64,000 bases of DNA from Lytechinus pictus (GCF_037042905.1 NC_087252.1:13084001-13148000), one strand, 5' to 3'; positions 39,301 to 49,879 are shown, numbered from the stretch's first letter. The notes: generated by a model not told the origin, from the letters alone. Made by a program: numbers and translations.

Positions 39301-42300
39301 GTTGAGTGCCATTTTGTATCTAGGTTATTGTGTTATAAGACTGTTAGTAGTAGAAATAGTATTGCTAGTCTTTCATCCATACCCTATCATTGCATTGTGC
39401 TAATCGCATGGCTTTATCCCTCCCCCCTTTCCCGCCACTCCTCCGCGTACCCTCTCGTCATCGGGACCACCACTTTGACTTCTGGCCGAACCCTTCTAGG
39501 TGTCCACAAACATGCAACAAGCCCAGCAACTCTTGCTGCAACAACAGCAGCAGCAGCAGCAGCAACAACAGAATCTGGCCCAGCAACAAGGGTTGTTGCA
39601 GCAGACGCATGCCGGCATGATACCCCAGGTAGTTTCTATGTAGTAACTCTCACAAATATTCCTTTTAATACATCTTTTTTCTTAAGTTTGATTTTTTTGT
39701 TGTTTTGTTTTTTATTACTTTTTTGTGTGCTCCCTGTAGTCCATTACAGGAATCGGTGTCCTGTTTCATAAAACTTGTCTATCAATATCAAGTTCGTAGT
39801 TTATGTTTATAAATTACTGAAATACTGCAATTTGATTGGTCAAGAGCAGTTTTGTGATTGAATTGTAACATTTGTGATTGAATCATAGCATTTGTTGTTG
39901 CTTAATTTAGCTGTCTGGCAGGCTTCACACAAGTTCATATATTTATACAGTATGCTGCTTATATTACCACTAACCATTGGGCATTTCCATAAAATAATCA
40001 ACCTTTTTGTACGTCCGACTGCCATTTTTCTCAAGTTTTACTTCACTTCATAAACTGACCAAGTCACGGTCCTTTGAGAACATTACAGACTGTCAAAGGA
40101 ACAAGAAATCAGAGACAGAAAATTTCATGAAGGTCTCATACATATTTTATGGAATTGCCCCATGCTAAGTTTTGTTACACGTGGCCCTTTTAAGAGAATA
40201 TCTGGAATGTCGAAAATTTCATGAAGGTCCCACGTATAGGGGTAGAACGTACATATTTTATGGAATTGCCCCATTGTGTTATCCCCTGCAAGTAGCGATA
40301 CAGCATGTCATCTATCCATTCGTTTTTATATATTCCATATAGGGAGCATTTCACAAAACAAGTAGTAAGTGATTTTCACTGACACCTACTGGAGTCCTTG
40401 CATCTGATTGGCTGTTTGGCAAATTAGTCAACGAAAATCCCTGACAAAACTTTTCATAAAACACCACCCTTTTCAATAACTTTGTGAGCTGTCCCTGTGC
40501 AGTTAATGATGGCATTTTTGTATTGTACTCATATTTTGTAGCATGATTTTTTTTTAAATAATTCATTATGAAATAAAAGCAATATTTTGTAATACCGTCA
40601 TTTGTATGGAAGAAGAAAAGGAAGGGGAAAGAGTATTGAAATTTGAAACAAAACAACTTATACTTGGCCAATATGAAATTGATGTACATGTAGTTTAGTT
40701 ATTACAATATTGAAAACATGTGTTTTTTGTAGTATTTTGAATGATTAAAACATTGAAATATTCCCTTGCGCTGATGTTCTGCTCATTTTAGAACTTTTGT
40801 GTGGTGTGTGTTGAAATCTATTTTATAATGTTTACTGCTTCAGACATGTTTTTACCATGGGTATAGGAGATTTTTTTAAACCGAAAGCCAAACGACTGAT
40901 TGCCCCTTTTCCCCCTTTTTACTTGATTTTGACAGCAGTCTATAATTCAAGCACAGGCCATCAACGCACAACAGTTACAGCAGCAGGCACTGACTGCGGC
41001 GGGAATCCAGTCTGTTACTGCTGCAACAGCCACTGCAACAACAAATGTAAGTCACCATCGATGCTAGTGCTGTGTTTGTGTGGTAGGGAGAGGGGAGTGG
41101 GGGGGGGTAAACATTTCACACATAAAGTTTTGTTTAGACAAGGCACAATAAATCTTAAAGTCAGTCTTATGCTATTTATTCTTTGACTAGTCATTGATAA
41201 TACCAAGTTCAGTATATTCTACTACCAGTAGTATGCTTTTATTTTTCAAGCTGTCTCTGTATAAAGAAGTCGAAAATCAGTTTAGAGGATTTAAATTCTG
41301 TCACTCGCCTCATCGTTCTGAATGTCACACACATAATTCTAAATCAGGCATGGTACTTGTAGTAGCATTCTTTTATCTGGGCATTATTAATGACTATCTC
41401 ATCCAGTGACCAGGTAATAGTATTATCTCATGTTTCTTTAATAGTCCCAGAGTGTGACTACGGGGCAGCAGCTTCAAATCAGCAAGCCAAGAAGCAAGGG
41501 CCTCCCGGACTACTCCTTTCATCCCAGGTGTTCTTTTAACTGGGCATTTATAGTAATGACTATCTCATCCCATGACTAGGTAATAGTAATAACTATCTCA
41601 TGTTTCTGTGCAGGCCCAGAGTGTGACTGCAGGTCAGCAGCTTCAAATCCAGCAAGCCCAGAAGCAAGGAAGTGGACTGGCCTCCGTGACTACTCCACCC
41701 GTCCCAAGTATTCCTCACAGCCACATAGAAGAGCAGACGGATCTGGAGGAGCTGGAACAGTTTGCACGGACCTTCAAACAGAGGCGAATCAAACTGGGCT
41801 TCACACAGGCAAGTGTTGCATAGTCCTGGGGGGTGTTTCACAAAGATTTAATTATGACTTAGAGTCGCACTTAAATGCCTAGTTGTGCGCGGTATAAAAG
41901 CCATGACCGCATTGGTGAGATCATGTAAAGAGGACGCGCACTATTGTATATTGATCAATTAGATTGCGCGTTGCATTTCAGATACGCGTCGGCATTTAAG
42001 TGCGATTTAAGTCATACTTAAATCTTTGTGAAACACCCCCCTGGTTGTATTGTGACTGAAAGATAAGCTTAGTAATTGATGGAATGCTTCCTTTTTACAA
42101 TTGATTGCAACACCTCTATAGACATGAAATAAAAAATCATATGAATAAATCATAAAGTATCGCTCCATTACCCTTGCACAATGTAAAAAAAATATATTGT
42201 ACAATAGGTCATGGGGTGGATGGGTAGTGCAGAATGCTATCTTTTTCTCTTAAAAATATACTATTGAAGAGTTATTTTAAGACATCCGTTCTTGATAATA

Positions 42301-43431
42301 AAGCATTTCCTGCTTCAAAAAGTGGTTCTTCCAGACTTGAAGGGGGGGGGGGGGGGCTTGCTAGAAGCATTCTTGTTTGTTATGAATTCAGTGATCATGG
42401 AGCGAATTTTACAGCTTTTTAAACAAATTGCTTTGTAGTACTGTATTGATTACCTTCTTATTTTTTCTCTTGAATACCCTATGCAGGGTGATGTTGGCCT
42501 GGCCATGGGCAAGCTGTATGGCAACGACTTCAGTCAGACGACCATTTCCCGCTTTGAAGCCCTCAACCTAAGCTTCAAGAACATGTGTAAGCTCAAACCT
42601 CTACTGCAGAAATGGTTGGACGATGCCGATACAACCGTAGCCAACCCTGCCCTCCTAGGTCCTCACAGTAGTCCCGAAGGCATCAACCGTCGCAGGAAAA
42701 AGCGTACAAGCATCGAAACCAACATCAGGGTGTCGCTGGAAAAGAGCTTCCTCCAGCAGCCAAAGCCGACGTCGGAAGAGATCGCCATCCTTGGGGAGCA
42801 GCTAGGTATGGAGAAGGAAGTAGTCAGGGTTTGGTTTTGTAACCGGCGACAGAAAGAGAAGCGCATCAACCCACCCGTGTCGAGTCTGAACCTCCAGAAC
42901 TTGATGGCGCACCACACGTCGATAGCATCCTTGAACCTGTCACCAGGGGTCAACCAGATTCAACAGTCCACTCCTGCTACACCAGTTACACCGTCCACAC
43001 CCATTTCCACCAAAATCATTAACACTGTTGGCACACCTGCCTCAAACGGACCGAGCATCACCCCTGTGCAGGCCAAAACCGTGGCTATACAGTCATCAGG
43101 AAGAACTATCGCAGTCAATCTGGTGTCTGCAACCAACGGTCAAGTTGCAGCGACACCCGCAACGACAGTCACGCCAATCGCTCTGACAGCCGTTACTCCG
43201 TCCACATCCGGCCAGCCGCAGATGTCGCTGAATGCAGCTGCCCAAAGGGCGATATTAGCTGCTGCCGTCTCACAGAAAGCAGGAACCGGCAACACAGTCA
43301 CAACGACGACAGTCACTCCTACCTTGTTGCAAACTGCTAACCAACTAGCAGCGCTGTCAGGAACAAATACCAATGCAGTGACAAGTGGAACAACACCAAA
43401 GAGCTCTAGTGGAGCAAAGTACTTGCTTTAG
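12264..43431 (+). CDS. POU2F1: Class II POU transcription factor (Oct1/Oct2-like), spliced: join(12264..12303,27132..27182,28083..28225,29897..30076,31464..31601,32052..32273,37225..37344,39500..39628,40936..41046,41614..41808,42487..43431), about 757 aa
   Basis: POU-specific domain ([67 protein letters not shown]) and POU homeodomain ([21 protein letters not shown]...[15 protein letters not shown]) are diagnostic of POU2F. All exons join in one frame with AG acceptors and GT/GC donors. Confidence 0.93.
15441..15800. mobile_element. Kolobok/T2-like MITE family A, truncated
   Basis: Starts TTAA-AGGACAAGTCCACCCCAA and follows the 27293 copy for ~360 bp. Confidence 0.8.
16312..16786. mobile_element. 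MITE with TIR ATGCTTTTCACACTGCA and internal GGGGTTAAG/GGGGCTAAG repeats
   Basis: Perfect inverted ends atgcttttcacactgca / tgcagtgtgaaaagcat. Confidence 0.8.
16947..17558. mobile_element. Kolobok/T2-like MITE family B
   Basis: agggatggtccaggctggagatattt ... aaatatctccagccatgaccatccct with long inverted arms. Homologous to 53620..54146. Confidence 0.8.
19187..19587. mobile_element. TTAA-flanked MITE family D (Kolobok-like)
   Basis: TTAA-AGATAAATG...CATTTATCT-TTAA. An inverted, degraded copy lies at about 25121..25521. Confidence 0.8.
20240..20834. mobile_element. TTAA-flanked MITE family C (Kolobok/T2-like)
   Basis: TTAA-AGGGGAA...TTCCCCT-TTAA with inverted arms (gaaagtttga / tcaaactttc). 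Confidence 0.8.
22495..22760 (+). mobile_element. tRNA-derived SINE, full length
   Basis: A box TGGCCCAGTGG (22504..22514), B box GGTTCGAATCC (22541..22551), central cacTcaacccagg..gtaaatgggtac core, and a (TAT)n tail. Confidence 0.88.
22790..23150 (-). mobile_element. Degraded LINE ORF2 C-terminal fragment (tentative)
   Basis: The minus-strand peptide [21 protein letters not shown] resembles the post-RT tail of some LINE clades. Frameshifted; recalled similarity only. Confidence 0.3.
25121..25521. mobile_element. Degraded inverted copy of MITE family D
   Basis: atctagatctggtaca and actcattttgagatcgttac are reverse complements of segments in 19187..19587. Confidence 0.7.
26800..26970. repeat. 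(ATC)n microsatellite, degenerate
   Basis: Visible run of atc/aac/acc units. Confidence 0.9.
27132..27182 (+). CDS. POU2F1: POU2 exon 2 ([17 protein letters not shown]); in-frame ATG at 27143 is an alternative start
   Basis: ttacatttcag| acceptor, |gtaagt donor, 51 nt, phase 1-1. Confidence 0.8.
27293..27892. mobile_element. Kolobok/T2-like MITE family A, full length
   Basis: TTAA-AGGACAAGTCCACCCCA...TGGGGTGGACTTGACCT-TTAA with inverted arms over 100 bp. TTAA TSD with AGG/CCT ends. Confidence 0.88.
28083..28225 (+). CDS. POU2F1: POU2 exon 3
   Basis: ttcag| acceptor, |gtaagt donor, phase 1-0, GC-richer A/T/S-rich coding sequence. Confidence 0.85.
28441..29215. mobile_element. piggyBac-like non-autonomous element
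   Basis: TTAA-CCCT...AGGG-TTAA termini with subterminal poly-G/poly-C-tgac inverted motifs. Confidence 0.8.
29467..29610. mobile_element. Short MITE family carrying CCAAT and GTTACCATGG motifs (similar copies near 1250, 5245, 30541, 38230, 40341, 43650, 49408, 52605)
   Basis: Shared core tgattggc(t)g / ccatggta and tttcat(g/a)aa-type inverted ends at several sites. Confidence 0.6.
29897..30076 (+). CDS. POU2F1: POU2 exon 4 (contains AQGLA x3)
   Basis: ttttgttcag| acceptor, |gtgagt donor, 180 nt, phase 0-0. Confidence 0.88.
30119..30440. mobile_element. Non-autonomous DNA transposon with TIR AGGGTTCCCACAG and gtcatgga subrepeats
   Basis: cagggttcccacag ... ctgtgggaacccta, flanked by TTATA on both sides. 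Confidence 0.8.
30651..31045. mobile_element. Two abutting Harbinger-like MITEs
   Basis: 30651..30800 matches 50231..50376; 30801..31045 matches 45582..45853. Confidence 0.75.
31402..31414. promoter_or_regulatory. Perfect DR1 element AGGTCA-A-AGGTCA in a POU2 intron
   Basis: Exact consensus, 50 nt upstream of exon 5, in sequence not recognised as a repeat. Confidence 0.45.
31464..31601 (+). CDS. POU2F1: POU2 exon 5 ([15 protein letters not shown]...MLKSPA); absent from the ORF track
   Basis: ttcttttcgttgacag| acceptor, |gtaagt donor, 138 nt, phase 0-0, open frame. Confidence 0.85.
32052..32273 (+). CDS. POU2F1: POU2 exon 6 (Q/A/T-rich)
   Basis: gtcttag| acceptor, |gtgagt donor, 222 nt, phase 0-0. 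Confidence 0.88.
32766..33302. mobile_element. Kolobok/T2-like MITE family A
   Basis: TTAA-AGGACAAGTC...GGGGTGGACTTGACCTTAA, colinear with 27293..27892. Confidence 0.85.
34448..34627 (+). CDS. POU2F1: Candidate alternative Q-rich POU2 exon ([14 protein letters not shown]...)
   Basis: C-rich tract plus ccgcag| acceptor in phase 0 and mixed CAA/CAG poly-Q. The donor is ambiguous (after 34576 or 34627), or the exon reads through to the stop at 34696. Confidence 0.55.
37225..37344 (+). CDS. POU2F1: POU2 exon 7 ([40 protein letters not shown])
   Basis: tatacag| acceptor, |gtaagg donor. The peptide resembles the [18 protein letters not shown] segment of vertebrate Oct-1 (recalled). Confidence 0.92.
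37371..37825 (+). repeat. (GAGT)n/(GGGT)n tetranucleotide array
   Basis: About 450 bp of GAGT/GGGT/GGAT units starting 27 nt after the exon 7 donor. Confidence 0.95.
39500..39628 (+). CDS. POU2F1: POU2 exon 8 ([16 protein letters not shown]...QQGLLQQ...IPQ)
   Basis: cccttctag| acceptor, |gtagtt donor, 129 nt, phase 0-0, poly-Q frame. Confidence 0.85.
40936..41046 (+). CDS. POU2F1: POU2 exon 9 ([17 protein letters not shown]...TTN)
   Basis: ttttgacag|cag NAGNAG acceptor, |gtaagt donor, phase 0-0. Confidence 0.85.
41368..41530 (+). pseudogene. Decayed tandem copy of the intron end and 5' half of POU2 exon 10 (pseudo-exon)
   Basis: Aligns by eye with 41531..~41712 (cccagagtgtgact..cagcagcttcaaatc..agcaagcc.agaagcaagg). 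It carries indels and keeps an AG at 41443..41444. Confidence 0.85.
41614..41808 (+). CDS. POU2F1: POU2 exon 10 (start of the POU-specific domain); GC donor
   Basis: ctgtgcag| acceptor. Ends ...KLGFTQ followed by GCAAGT. Confidence 0.95.
41829..42040. mobile_element. Harbinger-like palindromic MITE with CTG TSD
   Basis: CTG-GGGGGTGTTTCACAAAGATTTAA...TTAAATCTTTGTGAAACACCCCC-CTG. An inverted copy lies at 62888..63097. Confidence 0.88.
42487..43431 (+). CDS. POU2F1: POU2 terminal coding exon (rest of POU-S, linker, homeodomain, S/T/A-rich tail)
   Basis: atgcag|GGT GAT GTT continues GFTQ-GDVG. Stop TAG at 43429..43431. Confidence 0.97.
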   Translation, partial: GDVGLAMGKLYGNDFSQTTISRFEALNLSFKNMCKLKPLLQKWLDDADTTVANPALLGPHSSPEGINRRRKKRTSIETNIRVSLEKSFLQQPKPTSEEIAILGEQLGMEKEVVRVWFCNRRQKEKRINPPVSSLNLQNLMAHHTSIASLNLSPGVNQIQQSTPATPVTPSTPISTKIINTVGTPASNGPSITPVQAKTVAIQSSGRTIAVNLVSATNGQVAATPATTVTPIALTAVTPSTSGQPQMSLNAAAQRAILAAAVSQKAGTGNTVTTTTVTPTLLQTANQLAALSGTNTNAVTSGTTPKSSSGAKYLL

Positions 43432-44283
43432 ATTAGTACTTAGAGAGAACTGTCCTCTATTCTAGATTCCTACAGGTATAGAAAATCACATAAGATGAAA
43501 GAATTTGCAGGAGTGAATCATGCGTTGTAGCATTCCAGTTTGAAATGATGATATTCTCTGTCTCTCGGATACCACAACCCAGTCCAAAAACACTTGAAGA
43601 CAAAAACAAAATGCCACATGAAGTCACTGATAGTCATGGAAATTTTGTGAGCATTTCATATAGCAAGTATTAGTTTTCACCGACAACTTTGTGAAGCTAC
43701 TGAAATCGTTGCATCTGATTGGTTCATAAGAAATAAGTCGGTAAAGATCACCGACTATTTGCTTTATGAAAAGCTAGCTGGGCCAAAAGTTCTACATGTC
43801 TGTGAAGATAGTTTTTCAAATTGACCATGTTGCTTGTATCTCACTCCTTGGGACCCTCAATCTCAAGTTCCAAAGTCATGTTTCTCATTAGATAAAAACA
43901 ATTTTGCCTTTGATGTTTAAGCCCATGATTAAGCATGTCCATATTGGGCAATGAGTGGTCTTTAATAGTCACTTTGAAATATCCCACAGATTTGTGTAGT
44001 AGGTATCAAATCTTGTGATCAATAAGGTGCTTTCATTTTGCATGACGGATGCCTCTACGATGATGAAATTGATGTTTAAACCATCTACACATTAAATTTC
44101 TTTGGTCCTCCAGTTTTACTCAGTTTTGTACTGAAAACAACCTTACAATACAGATTTGGTCATGTGACACCTTATGTATATATCAACGCAAGTACGTCCT
44201 ATCCTGAAATCAAGAAGATTTATTCTCAGGACAGAATATAGTTATCGACCATTGTAAAATAATCCGTTATGGTTTATCAAAGT

Positions 44284-44730
44284 TACTACAAGGGGAAGAT
44301 CGGACAGTACATAGACCGCGTAATGAAACGCTCGGGAAGAGCGCCCCACAGCGTTGAGTAAGTAACGACCTTTTTTTACCTTTGCGTATTGCGAGGTGGT
44401 TGTGTACAAAACATATGAGAGAAATGGTGAAGGGTTGAAGGAATAGACGATTTTTACATTTTAAATTTTTTTCATTTAATTTTGTTTTCTTAAATTAAAG
44501 ATGAATATATTTCTGGGTAATAAAAGGTGGAGTTATTCCCATGCGCCACCCTTGAGCCCTCTCCCAAATCCCCTCTCTCATTTCCCCCATATGTTTTATA
44601 CACAGCTGCTTGCCGATGTGCCATGGTTTACTTACTCAACGCTGTTGGGCGCCCTTCCCCAGGACCATTTTTTGGGCGTTTGGGAGCGTTTCAAAAAATT
44701 GTAGAAGTGTCCGATCTTCCCCTTGTAGTA
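44284..44730. mobile_element. TA-flanked MITE with a perfect 23-bp inverted terminus
   Basis: TACTACAAGGGGAAGATCGGACA ... TGTCCGATCTTCCCCTTGTAGTA. Confidence 0.85.
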
Positions 44731-44977
44731 TCTTTGGGTTTATCCAGAACAAGAGCTCCAAGATTGTACTGATGGAGACAAGAGATTACAGAGGACATCG
44801 GGTGCGGGTCACTCTCAATTATTGTAGAGCTCTCTATTGCAACACATTTTCCCAGTGGACTTTGTACGAGGACCATGAGATTGTTTGTATTGTTTGAATA
44901 TGAATATGTGTTATACATAGTATGTTTTCAGCTTGCAAGTGTCTGGTTTCTTAAAGGGCTGTAAGTGATTGTACATT

Positions 44978-45485
44978 CAGGAAATAATTTTACTTTACAA
45001 ATTTGTGTAGCATTTTTGGTCAAAAGAGAAAAGCTCTCAACTAAGTTATGTACAGTCCTATGTCAAAATATGCTATACAAAAGACTTTATGCATAGCAGT
45101 CTTTCAAAAATGTGGAGCAAATTGCATTGCGATACCAGGAAAATTATTCCCTGACATTTGATTGTACATTTGATTTGTATGATTGTTAGCGTAAATCATA
45201 AAATCAGCAATACCATCAATCACTGGGTAATTCTGTAAAATAATGAACCTTTTTGTACATGATCCGACCCCCATTTTTCTCAAGTTTTACTTCACTTCAT
45301 AAACTGACCAAGTCATGATCATTTGAGGGCATTACAGACTGTCAAAAGAACCAGAAGTCAGAGACAGAAAATTTCATGAAGGTCTAACACACATGGGGTC
45401 GGACATACATATTTTTATGGAATTGCCCCATGCTTAGTTTTATTACACATGGCCCTTTTAAGAGAATATCTGGAATGTTGAAAAC
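44978..45485 (+). repeat. Direct paralog of two intronic segments (about 38613..38797 and 39965..40215)
   Basis: Long shared stretches such as aaatatgctatacaaaagactttat and ccatttttctcaagttttacttcacttcataaactgaccaagtca. Confidence 0.85.
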
Positions 45486-45581
45486 TGAACTATTTGTTTT
45501 AGAAGGAAAACATCAGGGATTTTTTTTCTCCATTTTGGAAAGTCATGGAAAATTAAGGTTCAGGGGAGAAAAGTCGCATCA

Positions 45582-46070
45582 GGGCCTTATCTTGCAGAGA
45601 GTTACGATTGATCCAATCCAACCACAACTATGGAAAGCAAGCAACATTATCTTCTAACAAGCATGTTAGTTCCACATGTTTTCTAGATATGATGTATATT
45701 CGTACATTCATAGTTTTCTTGAAAATTTAGTGTGATCCTCTATGTTTACACAGGACATTGTGCAAATTTTCTGTGATAAAAATTATGACAGAGATGGCTT
45801 TCCATACAGTCGAGGTTGATCGGATCAATCGTAACTCTTTGTAAGACAGGGTTCTGTTCAGGGCCCCATCTTACGAAGATTTATGATTGATCCAATCATG
45901 TATAACTCTGGAAATCCATCTGTGTCATAATTTTTTCTACAGAAAATTTGCAAAATGTCCTTTGTAAACAAAGGAGAGCACACTAAATTGTCAAGAAAGC
46001 GATGAATTTATGAATATACGTCACATCTAGAATTTTTTTCACAAACACGCATTTTATATGTTGACTTTGG
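45582..46070. mobile_element. Two adjacent, oppositely oriented copies of one Harbinger-like MITE
   Basis: gttacgattgatcc arms. The internal sequence of 45582..45853 is the reverse complement of 45860..46070. Confidence 0.75.
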
Positions 46071-46902
46071 GGCCAAGACCTCCCCCTGGATCGGGACATG
46101 GTGCTGAGATTAGATTTGTGTTATAATTCTTTGTGCTTGTGTAATTTTTGTTTGATTGATAAGTCATCTGTAGACATGACATGCTGCAGCAGAAAAAGTT
46201 GGTAACTGTGGAAAACAAATTTCAAATGAAAGTTAAGAATAGTAATGATATTCTGTTTTGAGTTGCGCTTGAGAAATCAGTCCAACATCCCTATTAAAGC
46301 AATTTAAACATCATCATGAACTTATATTGTTTGAGGGGACAAGATTGGCTTCCCTATAAAATCACGCCATCTTCAAGTATAAACAATGGATCAAGTCGGT
46401 CATTCCATGGTGCTTTGCTCTTTCCTCTTGCACAATTAACACATAGAAGTAAACAGCTTTCAAAATGTCTAGATTAATCTCTGTTTGATCCTCGAATCGG
46501 AAACAAGAATTGATTTTCTATTTATTTTCAAAAAATTAATTGTGGATATAAAACAAGTTAAAATGAATACTAACTGCAAAGATTTATGAGTTAGGGTGCA
46601 TAATGCCCATCCAAATCAAAATGTGGCCAGTAAATCTGAATTCTTTGTAGTTTTCCACCTTAATATACTTGCATTTTACGTTGTCCAAATTACCAATTTC
46701 ATAATTCTCCATTTGTATTTGTATATATTTTTGGATAGATTATTTATATGTTTGCATTAAGAACTTCTTGCTGAAGCCTCAGTCATACTAATGAAACTAA
46801 CTCCAGACCGACCTGTGTTATGCCATTGGAAATAATGTGATATATTTGGTTGTTGTGGAGTCGGTGTGGCTGGAGCATGAATATTTTCTTAACAAAGATC
46901 AG

Positions 46903-47238
46903 GGCCCCGTAACACAAAGGTTAGCGATTAATCGCTAAATGAAATGGTCTATCACGATCATCGTTGCATGTGCATTTTGTTCCGTAGACTGACTGGGAAC
47001 CAACCGGAATCGTTCTTTCAAATTAGCGATTAATCGCTAACCTTCGTGTTACGGGGCCCTGGTCCGCCATTTCTTAAAGCTGTTGGTAAGTTACGAATGA
47101 CTTTATGAACGACTGGTGATCCTTTCTGGTACTAAATGATATATCCCTATGTTGCTGACTCTGCACCTTAAGAACATGTTCCAGTCATGCATAAAGTCAT
47201 GTGTAACTTTTTGAAAAGCTTTATGAAAAACTGCCCTG
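46903..47238. mobile_element. Two abutting Harbinger-like MITEs
   Basis: 46903..47058 has the TIR GGCCCCGTAACAC(A/G)AAGGTTAGCGATTAATCGCTAA with CWG flanks. 47061..47238 matches the family at 63420..63606. Confidence 0.8.
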
Positions 47239-49660
47239 CTCCACTTTAACGAGATGCTTTGATATACATTGGTGCTCAGCCTCATCTTGTTCAAGGGTAG
47301 GATATAGTTTTCATTTTTAGGGGCTATTTTTTTATTTCGAGGGCTATTATTGGTGGAAAATCAATTGCGTGGTAAATCCTAATTCATTCTGTCACAGAAT
47401 ATTGATTTTCTAAATATTACATATGGTTTGTGGCGAATCGTTTGACTACTCAAGGAAACCAAGTCGCCACAAAGAATGCCAATTGTGGAATTTTAGGGGC
47501 GGATTGGATTGTAATGAAGGCAAAATCCATGTGTCACCCTTGTGTATTCCTATACAGTGGGTGTTGAAGCTGCTGATGTCAATGACATGGACCATGATGC
47601 AAATCTTTAACAGCTATGAAATTTCTTGTACCCCGTGCCAACTATGCATCTTCAGTATTGGAATTTTTCTAGTTTACATGCTAATTCTTGCACACTAAGG
47701 ATGTGTACCAAGTTTGACCTAATTTGTCCGCTGTACTCAGTTTACCATGGCACCATACATCCAGTTGGTATCTTGCAAGTGTCTGTTCATTAGCTAACCC
47801 TCACATTTTATCTTAGACAAGCCGATGTGACTGCAGGAAAGCTGCGGAATGCCTTTGTACTTGACTTTGCAGCGTCTTTCCTGCAAAAATGGAGTCAAGG
47901 CCACTCTTTGCCGGCCTTGGCCTCGGCCTGAGTCTTGTGTACAATGTCTAAGTTTTCTCCAGCAGCCTCATGACAGTACCGGCCTTGAAAACATCACTGT
48001 TTTCCTGCAGCCCTGCCTCTTTGATGAAATGTAATGTTTGTGAAAAAAGACGGTTGCGGCTCTTGCTTTTGGCAGTAGGGTTGTTTATTGAGAAAATTGA
48101 ATCAATAATTCAGGTAAGATTATGTCATGCGAGTTCATCAGCCCATCTTATAAAGAGTAGCGATTAATTTTGAAATGAACTTTTCTTTTCATAAAACAAA
48201 GAGGCCTGTAACATAAGGAGATGGTCATGATGTGGGCCGACTATCCAGAATCTTGAAATCTAACTTGGCTGACACAGCCCTTGGTAAACGTTAAGCCAAA
48301 TCTTTTTGTTAGCGACAAAATCGTATCTACATGATGTATGTATTTAAAGACCAATTGATAATGTAAATCTTGACTTTTGTGATGTTAAATTTTGTTGTGA
48401 CATGAAAGAATGTGAGGGCTCACAACAAATTGTAATCTTTGGCTGTTGCTTGGACTGAAATTTACCTTTAATGACTCTTACCAGACCCAAAAATGAAACT
48501 GACAAATCATTTTTACCAATCGAAACCTTATACACCATAAAACACGTCCATGTAAAGTTTATGGATTTTCACAGCTGAGTATATTGCTTGAGAATAAGCT
48601 CCAATTATCGAGCTTTGAAAGAAAGCACAAAGTCTATTTTCAAAACCTGCAAATTTGTTTATTTTTGTAGTTTTTGGTTATAAAGCAAAAAACTCAGCTG
48701 AAAAGAAGTTAATATATGTATGCATGTAACTTGCATTGTTGTGCTTTGTAGCTTATAAAGTTTCAATTTGTCAATTTTACTTCTAGTTCTGGTCAGGGTC
48801 TTTAACGTAGTTAGAAATTTACAAGGTTGAATTTACATTGAATATCAAATTTATTTATTGGGTTTTCCTTTTTTGAAAACAAAAAGTGAATTTACCTGAC
48901 AATCATGGTAGGCTTCTCCTTTAAAAAGAAGTAGTTCTACATCCACCCTTTCATCATCCTTCTAAACTTATTTCATTTGTTTTTCATATTTCATCTTTGT
49001 TGAAGTTTTAAAGCAAAACGAACAGATATACCTCTGTTTTTTTACTGCCAGGAGATCGTATTGGTTTGATTTTGTAAATAGATGAAAGAAAGTGGACCAT
49101 TGTAGGTATTTTAATAATAATTTGTAATTTATTTTGCACTTCTTTTTATACTGTATAGTGTTACTAGATTCATGTACATGTTAATTTGCATTTCCAAAAA
49201 ACTTGTTTTATACCATAATTGTATAATGTATTTATGTTTGAAATGTTGCTGCCATTTTCGTATGGATGTGAAGAAAAATGGAAATGAAATTTGCAAATGT
49301 TTCGATGAGAGAGAATTAAAGAAACATGAAAATTTGATTTTGAAAGTTTGTGATCAGACTCCATTTTAAGTGATTTGATAGTTTTTTTGGGGAGAAAAAA
49401 GAGCTTGGGCCAGTTTCATAAAACTTTTTTGGGGGGGAACAAATATGCAAGCTACTGAAACAATTCAATATGATTGGCTGCTATTAAACTTGTTATAAAA
49501 ACTAGGCATTTGTTATTATAACAAGTCTTTATGAAACATGGCCTTAATATGTTTTTTAATGATTTGAAAAACTATTTACGAACCTCATTTTCATTTGACA
49601 AAGTGTGCAAAAGTATAAAGACGCAGTGGAAACTATACCATCTGGGCATTACAGACTAAT

Positions 49661-49879
49661 GGAGTGCTGCAAGGAACTTGTGATCCATTGCAAGTCTATT
49701 TTTGGTCCCTAAATCAATCACATGTCTTGTAGTTAATTGCAAATTAGTGATTGATTGCTAATCTGCTCCTTGAAACAAGAAGTTTAATCTGATTTGCTAC
49801 AGCTAACGTTGATCTATCAGTTGTAACATTGCAACAGAATATTTGCAATTGATCATAAATATTTTCTTGCAACACCCCC
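49661..49879. mobile_element. Degraded Harbinger-like MITE
   Basis: ggagtgctgcaag ... cttgcaacacccc inverted ends. Confidence 0.55.

Larger units (their letters stand above)
43432..49250 (+). other. Probable long 3'UTR of the POU2 gene (3' end not defined)
   Basis: U-rich, strand-biased sequence with TGTA(A/T)ATA-type motifs and no coding exons. Extent inferred from composition only. Confidence 0.3.

Noticed and set aside
39199..39771. 190-aa ORF with poly-Ala
   Set aside because: Alternative frame over the CAG repeats of exon 8. The spliced Q-frame (39500..39628) is the one in phase with its neighbours.
42481..43431. Stand-alone intronless or processed POU gene starting at ATG 42481
   Set aside because: ATGCAG is the splice acceptor; the first POU-S helix is encoded upstream in 41614..41808.
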